Assembly (NCBI GenBank): GCA_043228905.1
Contig: JBHGNT010000015.1
Location: 14,322,001 to 14,386,000, forward strand
Source: Azolla caroliniana
Taxonomy: Eukaryota; Plantae; Polypodiophyta
Length of the DNA: 64,000 bases
Reading direction: 5' to 3'
In this document: piece by piece, positions 23,079 to 36,179 of the stretch
Layout: each line of letters begins with the position of its first letter
Position numbering within the stretch: the first letter of the stretch is position 1
Made by a program: the position numbers and the translations under genes
Notes under the pieces: model-generated
Database searches by the model: none
Seen by the model: the letters and a program-made list of their open reading frames with translations, nothing else
What the model was told of the DNA's origin: nothing

Positions 23079-24575
23079 GAAATCACCTTCATCGTACCTT
23101 TTGACGAACACACAGTGATGAGCCTGTGTTTTCTGGAACCCATGTTCCACCATGAAGGACTCGAATTTCTTGTACCATTGGCGTGGAGCTTGTTTTAGGC
23201 CATACAAGCTTTTCTTCAGTCGACATACCAGATTCTCTTTACCTTTCTCCACAAAACCTTCGGGTTGCTGCATGTAGATCTCTTCATCCAATTCCCCATG
23301 CAAGAATGTCGTCTTGACATCCAAGTGTTCGATCTCTAGATCCATGCTGGCAGATATGCTCAGAACAGTTCTAATGGATGTCATATTCACGACTGGAGCG
23401 AATGTTTCGTCAAAGTCGATGCCCTTTTTTATTGGAAACCCTTCACCAAAATGTGGGCTTTATACCTAGGCGCACTGTCGACTTCTCCAGTCTTCACCTT
23501 GTAGACCCATTTGTTCCTAAGTGCTCTCTTACCTTTCGGTAATTCTACTAGGACGTAAGTGTAGTTTTCGTGCAAGGAGTCCATCTCATCTTGCATCGCG
23601 CTCAGCCATTTCTCTTTGTGCTCGTCGGCAATGGCTTCATCATAGCACTCTGGCTCACTTCATTAGTCAAGAGGATGTATTGACTGGCATATGTTGTCGG
23701 TGCTCTCCTTTCTCTGAGTGGGTATCTCCTTCCATTTATTGTCGACTCTCATTTAGGTGTCTCTCCCGACTCTCCTCTTTGTTAGGGTTCATATATATCG
23801 ATCGTCTTCTCAAGGTTGGACGACTCCAACTTGTATTCCTCGATCAACCTTAACAACTCAACCAACTCAAACTCATAGTCGGTCGGTCTCTCCGAGTCGA
23901 CCGACTTGGAATCGGCTATGTCGGCTGGTTGTCTCCGAACAGCCGACTGTGTCAGTTCACTTGGCCTCAAATCGACAGTAGTAGAGGTTGACAGGGTAGT
24001 CAATTCCGACATCTGTTGCTTTCAGTCCTCTATCATCTTGTCTTCCAAGAAGATACATCTCGATTCCTCACTATTTTCTTGTTGACTAGGTCCCATAGCC
24101 TATAGCCGAACTCATCTTCTGAGTTTCCCATGAATATGCATGGCGTCAACTTACTGTAGAGCTTCGATCTCTAATCCTTAGGAACATGCATATACACTAG
24201 GCATCCGAACAGCCTCAGGTGTCGGTAGGAGACATCCTTTCCTATTCACACCCTCTATGGAACATCACCCTTCAATGGTACTGAGGGAGACCTATTGATC
24301 AGATAAACAGTTGTATACATTGCCTCAACCCAATATGATTTCGGCAGTTTAGCATGAGAGCGCATACTTCTTACTCTCTCCATGATTGTTCTATTCATCC
24401 TCTCTACAAGCCCGTTCAACTCAGGGGTCTTCGGTACTGTGTATTCGATTAGAATACCTTGGGCCTTGCAGTATTCCTCAAACTGCCCTTTATATTCACC
24501 ACCATTGTCGGTTTGAACAACCTTCAACTTCAGACCTGACTCTCATTCAATTCTTGCCTCGAACTCCTTGAAAAA

Positions 24576-25300
<725 letters not shown>

Positions 25301-26007
25301 AAAAATGAGAGTACTTGATCTTTTGACTTTAGTACAAAAGCCCACAACTTTCGACTATAGTCGTCGATGAAGGTCACAAAGTATTGTCCGCCTCGATGCG
25401 ACGGAGCATCTACATAACACACATCTGTGTACCAATTCCAGTGCAACATCTCTTCTTCTTGGTGGCCGTGTGTGGAATGTTGCTCTATTCCGCTTTCCGA
25501 CTAAGCAGTCAACGCACTTCTCTAGGTGCACTCCCTTTACCTCTGGTAGAAGCTTCTAGTCGGCCAACATATGCAGTCCCTTCTCACTCATGTGACCTAG
25601 CCTCTTATGCCATATCTGTCCTGCCAAGTCGACTACCACATTCACTTCCGACTTGCACAGTCAGGCTTGCATCATATACAATGTGCCTTCTTTCTGTGCT
25701 CGAGCCACTATAAGATTTCCTTGGCAGAACTTCCATTTCCCAAAGCTACCATTGTAGCCTTCGTCGTCCAATCTTCCAGTCGATATCAGATTCAATCTGA
25801 TGTCGGGGACATGTCGAACATCCTTCAGAGTCAGCCGACACCGTGTCGACGTCGTCAAACAAACACTTTTGACTCCGGCTATCTTGCACTCCCCATTGTC
25901 ACCCATCTTTACATCACCATGATCCCCAGCTATGTAAGCCGAGAAATACTCTCTCAACGGAGTTATATGGAAAGATGCACTGGAGTCGATCACCCAAGTG
26001 CATTCCT

Positions 26008-29000
26008 TGTTGGCATACAAGGTTGACTCCTTCCAAATTGTATCCGTCCTAGTGTGAACTCATTAATAAGTTAGGGCTTAGTATATAAGTGAATACCTAA
26101 CATTGTGATGAGTGATGATGAGCAGAGTATTGTATCTCTGAGAAAGAACGAAGTAATAAGAAGCTTTCCATTAAAGCTCCATCCGTGTAAGTCTCCACGC
26201 CTATTCTATTTTCTGTATGTGTTGTTTCTGTATGTGTTGTTTGTTGTCCAGTACCGACTACAAATCCATACACGTTTCCGCACATAGCACTTGTAACCAC
26301 AACTGGTATCAGAGCCGAATCTTTGTTGTTCGGCGGCAACTGACAACAGAAGAAGTTGAAAGAAAAGACCAGGTCAGAAATCTAAAGTTCATAAACAAAA
26401 TATGGCATCAACATCCAAAATAGGAGTTGAAATCAGAAAATTCGACGGCAAAAACTTTGCCTTGTGGAAGGAGATGATGCAGGATGTGTTGATCATTCGA
26501 AGACAGGTCGAAGGCATTCGGCACAGTGAAAAACCTGCTTCAATGACAGCCAAGGAGTGGAGATCAACGGACGAAATTGCACGCTCCACCATATGAATGC
26601 ATCTGGCCGAAAACGTCTATTTCAACATGGTGAAAGAGACAACAGCATTCTCATTGTGGGAGAAGCTAGAGGCTATCTATGAGAAGAAGTCCTCATCTTC
26701 GAAACTAATCTTGATCAAACAATTGTTTAACATGAAGATGAAAGAGACTGATCCGGAAACCTCCCACATCAACACCATCAATAGGCTATTGTCAGAGCTC
26801 TCGTCACAAGGGATCAACTTCGAAGAAGAAGTGAAAGCCCTCGCCCTCCTATCGAGCTTGCTGGCGAGTTGGGAGGTATTCTGTACGACTTACGCCAATA
26901 GCCGACCGATCCTAAATCTAGACGAAACAACCGGCCAAGTCCTCACAGAGAACATCAGGCAAAAATCGATGGGACTAACCATCGATGAGTCGGCAGAAGC
27001 CCATCACTCAACCGAGTCGTTTGACCGACAGAGTCGAACGAAAGAACAAGCTGAAAGAACTCGTCCTCGCTACAGCCGATCGAAAACAAGGGGTGATTGA
27101 CAGCGGTCGAAGTCGAGAATGGGCCGAACAAGTGAGTATTGCACACACTGCAAGAAAGTTGGCCACAATGTTTCCGACTGTTGGTCAATAAAAAGAAAAG
27201 AGAGTGGTCGGCGATCCGAACGGAATCCAGGACGTTCCGACATGGACCACTCTCCAGTCGGCAACCAAATCAATGTTGCCGACACCCGAACCGGAGAAAT
27301 CCTCTCCCTAGAGGATTCGATGATCGGAGAAGTCCTCTATAGTGCACAAGTTGCACACACGTGGCTACTAGACTCTGGTGCCACATTTCACGTGACCCCC
27401 AACGTTGAATGGTTCTTGAACTATTCAGCTGACGCCAGCGGCACATTCCAATTGGGAAACGGGCAGGAGTGCAAGATAGCCGGAACCGGGGAGGTTCCCA
27501 TCAGATTTCCAAATGGCAACACAATAACCCTGCACCGAGTTCGGCACGTACCCGATCAAAAGAGGAGTCTGGTCTCCATCGGCATGTTAGCCGAAGACGG
27601 GTATCGAACGACTCTACACGAGTTGACATGGGTGATCAGCCGAGGAAACCTCAAAATCGGTAGTGAGCATAAGTATAATAATGGAGATCAACCCTGAAGG
27701 GTCCGTGAACGTAGCCGAGAAAACCGACCCGAACTTATGGCATGGCCGACTTGGCCACATGTCTCAAGCTGGACTTGATCGGTTGATGTCGGTCGGCTAC
27801 ATCCTGAAACTCCAGGCAAAGATGGACTTCTACGAGCATTGTCGATATGGGAAACAGACCCGAAGTCCGCACTCTCTCCACTACGAGACAATACGACAAC
27901 CCCTAGAGCTCGTGCACACAGACATATGTGGGCCTATGCTAGAGTGATCACTAGGAGGCTCTCGGTACTTCATTACATTTGTAGATGACTGTACACGGAA
28001 AGTTTGGGCATACTCCATCAACTCCAAAGATGAAGCGCTCAAGGTCTTCACTCAATGGATATCTGAAGTGGAGAACCAGTCGGAACATAGAGTGAAGACA
28101 CTCTGATCCGACAACGGAGGTGAGTACACCTCCAGAGCCTTCAAATAGTACTTGTCTGAAAAAGGGATCCAGCATCAAAAGATCGTTCCTTACACACCCA
28201 TGCAGAATGGGGTGGCTGAACGGATCAACCGAACAATCCAGGAGAGGGTGATGACAATGCTCCAGCAAGCCGGACTAAAGTTGGAATTCTGGGCCGAGGC
28301 ATTGCATACGACAGTGTACTTGATAAATCGGGCACCGTCAAGAGCAATCAGACTCGAAGTGCCACATGCACTATGGTCAGGCAAACAGTAGACCTACAAT
28401 AGGCTCCATATATTTGGATGCGAAGCCTACGCGTTCATCCCCAAGGACAAAAGGACGAAGTTGGCACCCCATGCAACAAAGTGCATATTTCTCGGTTATG
28501 GAACTGATGGGGACTTCGGCTATCGAAAATTGATCCGGAGCAACGACGTAGTCTTCAATGAAGACTCTATCTTCTCTCAACGGAACCAACAGAAAATAGT
28601 TGGTAAGAAGGTATCCTTCAAAGATGACAGCATTGTCGTAGAGGGACCGACCCAACGGGCTGAATCGGAGACTCAACAAACAATCAAACTCCAACAAATT
28701 GCCAACTTCCCTGCCGACACCGAATCGGCAACAAGTCCTAACTTCGAACTCAAAGACCAAGCAATCAAAGACACAGCCGAATCGACAAGAGTCAACAAAG
28801 GCAAAGTCGCTAAGAGGCCAGTCAGAATCGAGTCGACAACAACCACAGGGGAGAACAACCAAACACCGCCGAAATCCCAAACCGAGGGCGAGACACCTCA
28901 CAAGACTCCTGACACAACTGGTTCAACAAATACCGATCGTCAATCCGAACCGATCGAAGAATCCGAACCACATATATTACGGCACCTAGGAGATCTAGAT

Positions 29001-31113
29001 GAGCTCGAAGGCAAATAGAGTTTTATCAACCGGGCCTCGACTATGTCCACTACACGAATGCAGGAGAACCACGCACGTATGACGAAGCTATGGCCGCACA
29101 AGACGTCGAAACATGGTTGTAGGCCATGAAATCCGAAATGGACTCGATTCATTAGAATCTGACCTGGGAGTTGGTTGAACTACCAGCAAGAAGAAAGTCG
29201 CTACCTTGCAAATGGGTGTTCCAATACAAGTATGTATCCGACTTAGAAAAGCCCAAGTACAAAGCTCGGCTTGTCGCGAAAGGATTTAAACAGGAATACG
29301 GGGTCGACTACGACGAGATATTCTCACTAGTAGTCAAGATGACCACCCTCCGACTCCTACTAGGAGTCATGGCGACAAAAGATCTAGAGCTCGAGTAGAT
29401 GGACGTAAAGACGGCATTCCTACACGGAGATCTTGAAGAAGACATATACATGTCTCAACCGGCAGGCTTCACAGCGACGGGGGAGGACAATCACCTCGTA
29501 TGTCGACTAAAGAAAAGTCTATATGGCCTAAAACAAGTGCCGAGAATGTGGTACCAGAAGTTTGACTCCTACATACAGCAGCTTGGATACAATAGATCAG
29601 ACTCCGACCCATGCATGTATGTTCGGCAATTGGCCGATGAGTCAAGGATCTATCTGATCTTATACATCGACGACATGTTAATTGCATGGAGCAATCAAGC
29701 AAAGATCAATAAGCTGAAGCGAAGCCTTCACACAAAGTTCGCGATGATGGAACTCGGACAAGCATGACACATATTAGGCATGAGGATAGAGCAAAATCAG
29801 ACGACCAAAACTCTCCGACTCTCCCAATCCGAATACGTCTGCAAGGTGTTGAAGCGCTTCAACATGGAGAACGCGAAGCCAGCACCGACACCGCTTCCGA
29901 CGTTGATCAGACTATTGGATAGAGACTCTCTAGCAACGGACAAGGAGAGGGAGCTTAATGGAAAGATACCCTACGCATCGGCAATAGGAAGTATCATGTA
30001 CGCAATGGTGACGACCCGACCCGACCTAGCCTATGCCGTAGGGGTGGTCAGCCGGTACATGTCAAACCCAAGAAAGAAGCACTAGGAAGCCGTCAAGCAC
30101 ATCCTTAGGTATCTAAAAGGAACCACGGATGCACATCTGACTTTCGGAATGACAATCTTAGTCGAAATAGAAGGCTACACCGACTTCGACTATGCCGGGA
30201 ACACGGACAATCGGAAATCGACATCAAGCTACATCTTCACCTATGGTGGCGGTGCGATATCATGGAGGTCGAAACTTCAAGAGTGCACGGCTCTGTCTAC
30301 CACAAAAGTCGAGTATATAGCAGCATCAGAAGCAATGAAGGAAGTGATCTGGCTGCACCGACTTACTACCGACTTCGGAACTGCAAACCGAATAGACCAA
30401 CCAATGCCGACTATCTATTGCGACTCACAGGGCGCAATACACCTCATCAACAATCCCGTCTACCATGCGAAGAAGAAGCACGTTGAGGTGTGGTATCATC
30501 ATATCCGAGAGCTCATGACCGAGAAGAAACTCGAAGTCCAGAAGATCGACACCAAGGTGAACATCGTTGATTGCCTAACGAAGCCACTCCCAGATCAACG
30601 CTTCGGAACACTAACGATGAGGATGGGGCTACGACAAGCGACCGAGCAGAAGAAAGCCGAACGAGGAGCAAAAGGTAAGAGTTGACCGACACTCATACTA
30701 TACCTCTATCGACTCGACTACTTGCCGACAGACTTGTAACATAAGATCTAGTTAAATTTGTATCTAGGTTTATGGGGGAGATAACCCCAAGCACTTGTAC
30801 ATGCAAGAAAGAGTAGTCCTTTTACGGGGGAGTTTGTTGGCATAAAAGGCTGACTCCTTCCAAATTGTATCCGTCCTAGTGTGAACTCGTTAATAAGTTA
30901 GGGCTTAGTATATAAGCGAATACCTAACATTGTAATGAGTGATGATGAACAGAGTATTGTGTCTCTGAGAAAGAACGAAGTAATAAGAAGTTTTCCATTA
31001 AAGCTCCATCCATGTAAGTCTCCACGCCTATTCTATTTTCTGTATGTGTTGTTTGCTTTCCAGTACCGACTACAGATCCATACACGTTTCCGCACATAGC
31101 ACTCGTAACCACA
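26008..31113 (+). mobile_element. Full-length but inactivated copia (copia-5) nested in copia-4
   Basis: LTRs 26008-26301 and 30835-31113 (15-bp indel plus several SNPs), TSD TTCCT, PBS 26304-26316, PPT GGGGGAG at ~30826-30832. gag-pol 26402-30685 has many stops and frameshifts. Confidence 0.95.
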
Positions 31114-32373
31114 TTCCTCACTCACTAGGTTTGCACTTGCCTGTTCACAGATGAACAGAAGTTCTTCATTGCTCATAGGAATGGCTGAAGTGCCCTTTTC
31201 ATCAGGAATCTTCCTAGGTTCGACACCATTACCGACACTTCTGTCCTTTCTCATGTGTTGGTAGTCCTTCTGGAAGTGTCCAGGTTTTCCACAATAAAAG
31301 CACAGGAGCTTTCCTCTGGCTTGAGGCTTTTCTTGCCTTGGTGGACTCCTTTGCCGGTTTCTTCCTCTACCGGTATGTTGAGTCAAATTTGAATCCAACT
31401 AGACTAGGACACCCTTGTCCTTCCTTCTCGCTTCCTCATTTAGGATGCTAGTCTTCACCGCTTGTAAAGACAAGTTCTCTTCTTGACAAGAGGTGCTGAG
31501 AGTAACCACCAGGTTCTCCCAGATATCCAGCAGTGTGCACATTAGTAGGATGGCCTGCCTAGCATCATCAAGGGGAAACTTGGTTGCAACAAGTTGATTT
31601 ACATACCCCATGAATGTGTTGATGTGTTCGACGATGCTCTCACCGTCTCTGTATTTCAATCGAGCATTCTTCCTCTCATATAGACCTGACAGCTTCTGCC
31701 ATATCTCGTGGGCATTTGTGTCATTCGCCACATGCTAAAGGACACTTACATCAATGCACTATCGGATGGTGGCCACCGCCTTTCTGTTAAGAAGTTTCCA
31801 TTCCGACTCTAATACCCCCATGGGTATTTCTGCTCTGTCGATCAGCTTGTACAGGTCTTTGACTATGAGAAGGTCAAGACCCCATCTTTATCTTCCAGTC
31901 TGCATAGTTCTAAGAGTTTAGAACTATCATTCCTAGGAAGCCACTCACACCTCCTTCCATGCTTGCACCTCAAGCTCTAATACCAGTTTGTAGAAAAATG
32001 AATCGTCTGTCCACAAAAAAAAGAAAGGAATATGCTGAAATACACAACTCTTATATACAAAAGATGGTGCACATAGATTTAACGTGGAAACCCTAAAGCA
32101 GGAGAAAACCACGGAGAACGGAGCTTCACTATACAGTGGATATACAACAACAAGATTAGAGTACAACACTCTCTACACCGAGTGTATTAGCCGTGCAGGG
32201 CTCTTGGCGTATGCTGTTACAGAACACAACTATGGCACTGCTACCTCTCTCTCCTCCTTTCTCAGTCTCTATCTCCCACACTCTTATTTAACCTACTTAT
32301 CCCTGTATGGGCTATTTACAAATGTAACCCCTACTACACATCACTATTAGTATTATCTATAATAATAAGTAGC

Positions 32374-33357
32374 CATGGGAATGCACATTGTCCGGGAAAA
32401 GGCAAAGAAGTTGCTCCAAAGATTCAACCTGCAAGACACGAAGCCAGTCGGTTTGACACTGCCGACAAATTGCAAGCTGAACAGAGGCCAATGTCCAAAA
32501 ATGACAGCGGAGAAAGTTGAGATGAACAAGATCCTATAGGCCTCAATAGTCAGAAGCTTGATGTATGCAATGGTTTGCACCAGGCCAGACATTGCATATG
32601 TTGTTGGAGTAGTCAGTCTATTTATGAGTAATTCCAGAAAGGAGCATTGGGCCATAGTAAAATGGATATTTTGGTACCTAAGAGGCACCTCGAGTGTGTG
32701 CCTTCGATTCCACTCAGGTAACCCTATGTTGGAAGGCTTCACAAATTCCAACATGTCGGCTAATGCAAATACGAGCCGATCAATGTTTGGATATGTGATG
32801 ATGTTTGCAAGGGGAGCCATCTCGTGGCAATCGAGGCTACAGAAGTTCATGGCGTTGTCGACCACGGAAGCCGAATACATGGCCACCGTTGAGGCCGGCA
32901 AGGAAGTCATATGGATGAAGGAGTTTATTGGTGAGCTGGGAATTCGGCAAGAAGAATTCCGACTCTATTGCGACAACCAAAGTGGCATCCACCTTGCGAA
33001 GAATGCAGCCTACTACTCGGGGACCAAACACATTTAGAGGAGATACCACTGGCTCCAAGAAAGGGTAGAAGACAAGGACTTTGCTCTAATGAAGATCCAC
33101 ACCACGGAGAATAGATCGGACATGCTGACGAAGGCCTTGTCAGCAGAAAATTTGAACAGCGTGTCGACAGACGAAGACGAGCTCGAGATCGTTGCCTGCG
33201 AGTCTCCTTGTACTTTCTCTCTTATAGTGCAATAGTTCGGAGTTTGGGGACTCCCAGGGTTTTCCACTTAAAACATGTTGTGTGTTTTGTGTATTCATTT
33301 TCCGTTCTTTCATTTTATTTGTGAGTGATAATCGGTTTTGGCCGATTCCATTAACAA
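32374..33357 (+). mobile_element. Tork-like copia RT/RNase H fragment with a partial LTR
   Basis: MYAMVCTRPDIAY..ALSTTEAEY..LYCDNQS..HLAKN, followed by LTR-like sequence ending TTAACA. Confidence 0.8.
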
Positions 33358-33359
33358 CA

Positions 33360-33550
33360 GTCTATCTTGGTATTTTGCCCTGATGTCAGCATAAGTTGGA
33401 CACTTGCATGTAAAGTGATACCCATTCTATATCACTACGTGACATAATCTACATATCCTTTCCTCTTTGGGAACTCCATTAGTACAACCATTCTCAATCT
33501 CAAGTTGGTGAGATGATATTCTAAGTTGTCCAATGGCAACTCTTAGTGCA
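33360..33550 (-). mobile_element. LINE ORF2 C-terminal (zinc-knuckle) fragment
   Basis: LRISSHQLEIENG..EERICRLC..HFTCKCPTYADIR matches the SSHxLxIExGR..CxxC..HF..C tail of non-LTR retrotransposons. Confidence 0.7.
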
Positions 33551-34554
33551 TTTGGAGAAAAGAAAGGAGAGAAAATGGGGAGATAGATGAGGGAAAAGAG
33601 TTTTATTATGATCAATGCCTTGGGCTTTATGATGGGTGGTGGTGGCATTATAGAAGACCACCACCAAGGTGAATGAGAAGGAAACCATCTTTATAAAAAA
33701 TAACTATTATTATTATTTCGTTTATTTATTTATTATTTTCCACATTGGAAGCAAGGATTTTGGAGCATTGGCATAAATACAATGTTATGAGGCCTGTGAA
33801 GGAATTTTTAAAACTCGATTCCAAGCTCCAATCGAGAAGTGAAGGGAAAAATGAATTTTGGACGAAGGGAATCGAACTCGTCACAACGACGAAGGTTGGC
33901 ATCCTACAATGTCCATAATTGTGATATCAGTTCTTGTTGTTACTACCGTAACTAACATCTCGTTGCTGATGCACCTGTAGCTGGAACTTGTACCTAATGC
34001 TACCATCGACATCTACATGTTGACATTTGTAGGTGATGTCAGCAAACAACAACTGGACATGTCACTTGCTACATCACTTGCGTTGAAGACCTTTACATGT
34101 TTTAAAACTAACGTCTTATAAAAATCTAATTACATACATCTTGACTTTTCTATTTTCCTAGATACCCCTCCTTCCTGCCAACACATAAACATACATATAC
34201 ACATATACATTCACCTTCAAACCAACACTAATGCAAAAAAACACACATACACGATAACATACATTAGCACTCATTACATATATTGCATATATACTTCTAT
34301 ACAAGTGCATCCACACAAGCATGAATACACACATCATTCATACATTTCTAACTTGCATACTATCGTACAAATAAAAAACATACGAAAACAAATACATGAC
34401 ATATACAAGACAATGACATTGATACTCTTAACGTATTCGGTTGTTGTCACAAAAATATGTTGTGCATGTGAAACGTGAGTGGGACATCGAGGTATTGAAC
34501 TAGTGAGGATGGCTTAACCCAAGTTGTCAATGTTAAAGTGCTTGAAGTTGTAGA

Positions 34555-35059
34555 TAACAATCGGCAACGATTTGGTTTGAATCGAACCAAATCGCGAAAC
34601 CACGGCTTAACAGTTGAAACGATTCAATTCCTATTCAAGTTTTTTTTAATGGTTTGGTTTCGGTTTCGGTTGAGTTTTAATGGTTTGAAACCGTAGCTAA
34701 AATGGTTTGATGGTTTTTTAAATTCTTTAAAAAAAAAAATTTAAAAATTAATTTTTTTTCCAATAACCTTTTCATTTTTAAGCCTAATTCTCACATTTTA
34801 GGAAAAATCTTTAAATTTTTGAAATTTTGAAATTTGAAATAATTCAAATTTCAAAATTTCAAAATTTTGAATTTTGGCCAAGTTGAAAACCGAAACCGAA
34901 CCACAAAACCGCGATGATAACGATTTAATGGTTTGGATTTCTACATAACGGTTCGAGTTAAACAGTTCTGATTTTATGGTTGTATGGTTCAGTTCAAGTT
35001 TCAAAAAATTTAAATGGTTCGGTTTTGACACTCTCGAACTGAACCATTACCGATTGCTA
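34555..35059. mobile_element. hAT-type MITE (family A)
   Basis: TIR TAACAATCGGCAACG / ..TACCGATTGCTA, degenerate 8-bp TSD GTTGTAGA/GTTGGATA, subterminal AACCG/CGGTT repeats, homologous to 57570-58030. Confidence 0.8.
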
Positions 35060-36179
35060 GTTGGATATTATATATCTTTTGGGGAATTAAGTTAATCTTT
35101 CTCTGGGACTTTTCATGTATTTGAGTGCATGAATGCACATATATGTGCTTATATATCGATTTGTTAATGTGTTTACATGTAATGGTAGATCAATGTTTGC
35201 AAAGTTTTATCTACCCATCAACACCCTAATGAAATAGACAGAGTTTGTCTCTGCCAACAGCAGCATTACACACAACATCAAACATCATAACCCCTATGTG
35301 AAGCCACCTCACACATCACCTCCTTATCATGGCTTTGAGAAATCAAGGGCTTTTGCTTTGTTTCAGAATGTATAACCCGAAGGTACACCTTGTTGGTCAA
35401 CATAGGACAATAATGGATCGATTTTAAATTGGATATGTTAAGCCAACATACGGAACACATGTGAACAAACCAGCATAAGCCAAATCAAAGATCACAAAGA
35501 AGAGAATTCGACAAGAACCATGAGGGGGAAGCCCCATACGGAGGATTCAGACTACAAGTCGGTCATGACATTGTGCACGTATTAGAATTTGATGAAAACA
35601 AATTATCGAGAAGCATTAAAAGTTATTATTTAGGGTTATAAAAGCATCATTTCTTTATGATGATTGTTTTGTTTGCAAGATCCTTTATAATAAAACCCTG
35701 TTGTTTGATTACATATATGTTGATTCTCATACACCCTCATAAATGTGTCATGTAACCAATCGTCCATCCCTGTATTCCCTTTATATGAGACCATTTGCAA
35801 TGGTATTCTTTCCATTAAGCCAAGGCATTCCACCCGACATACAGCTTTGCACAAAACCAGTTTTTTAACCATGCTGTAGGTAAGTTTAACGAATTAATGG
35901 AAAGGCCTTATCATCAAACATGTGAATATACATTAGTAGAAAGTGACAATTAAGGTAACTTACCAGGTATACACATCACAAAATGTGTCGACTCCATTTA
36001 GTTAAAACCTAGATAAAGTAGTAGTCAAGGTAGCTTAGAAACGAATAATGATGTCCATTTACAACCATTACACATTATCCATGTACAAAAAAAAAATGTC
36101 ATTAGTAGAAGATTAGACTCTGTTGTAATGAAGATTTTACCAATTGATCCATGTCCATTTATCAGCATCTATACAAAAA

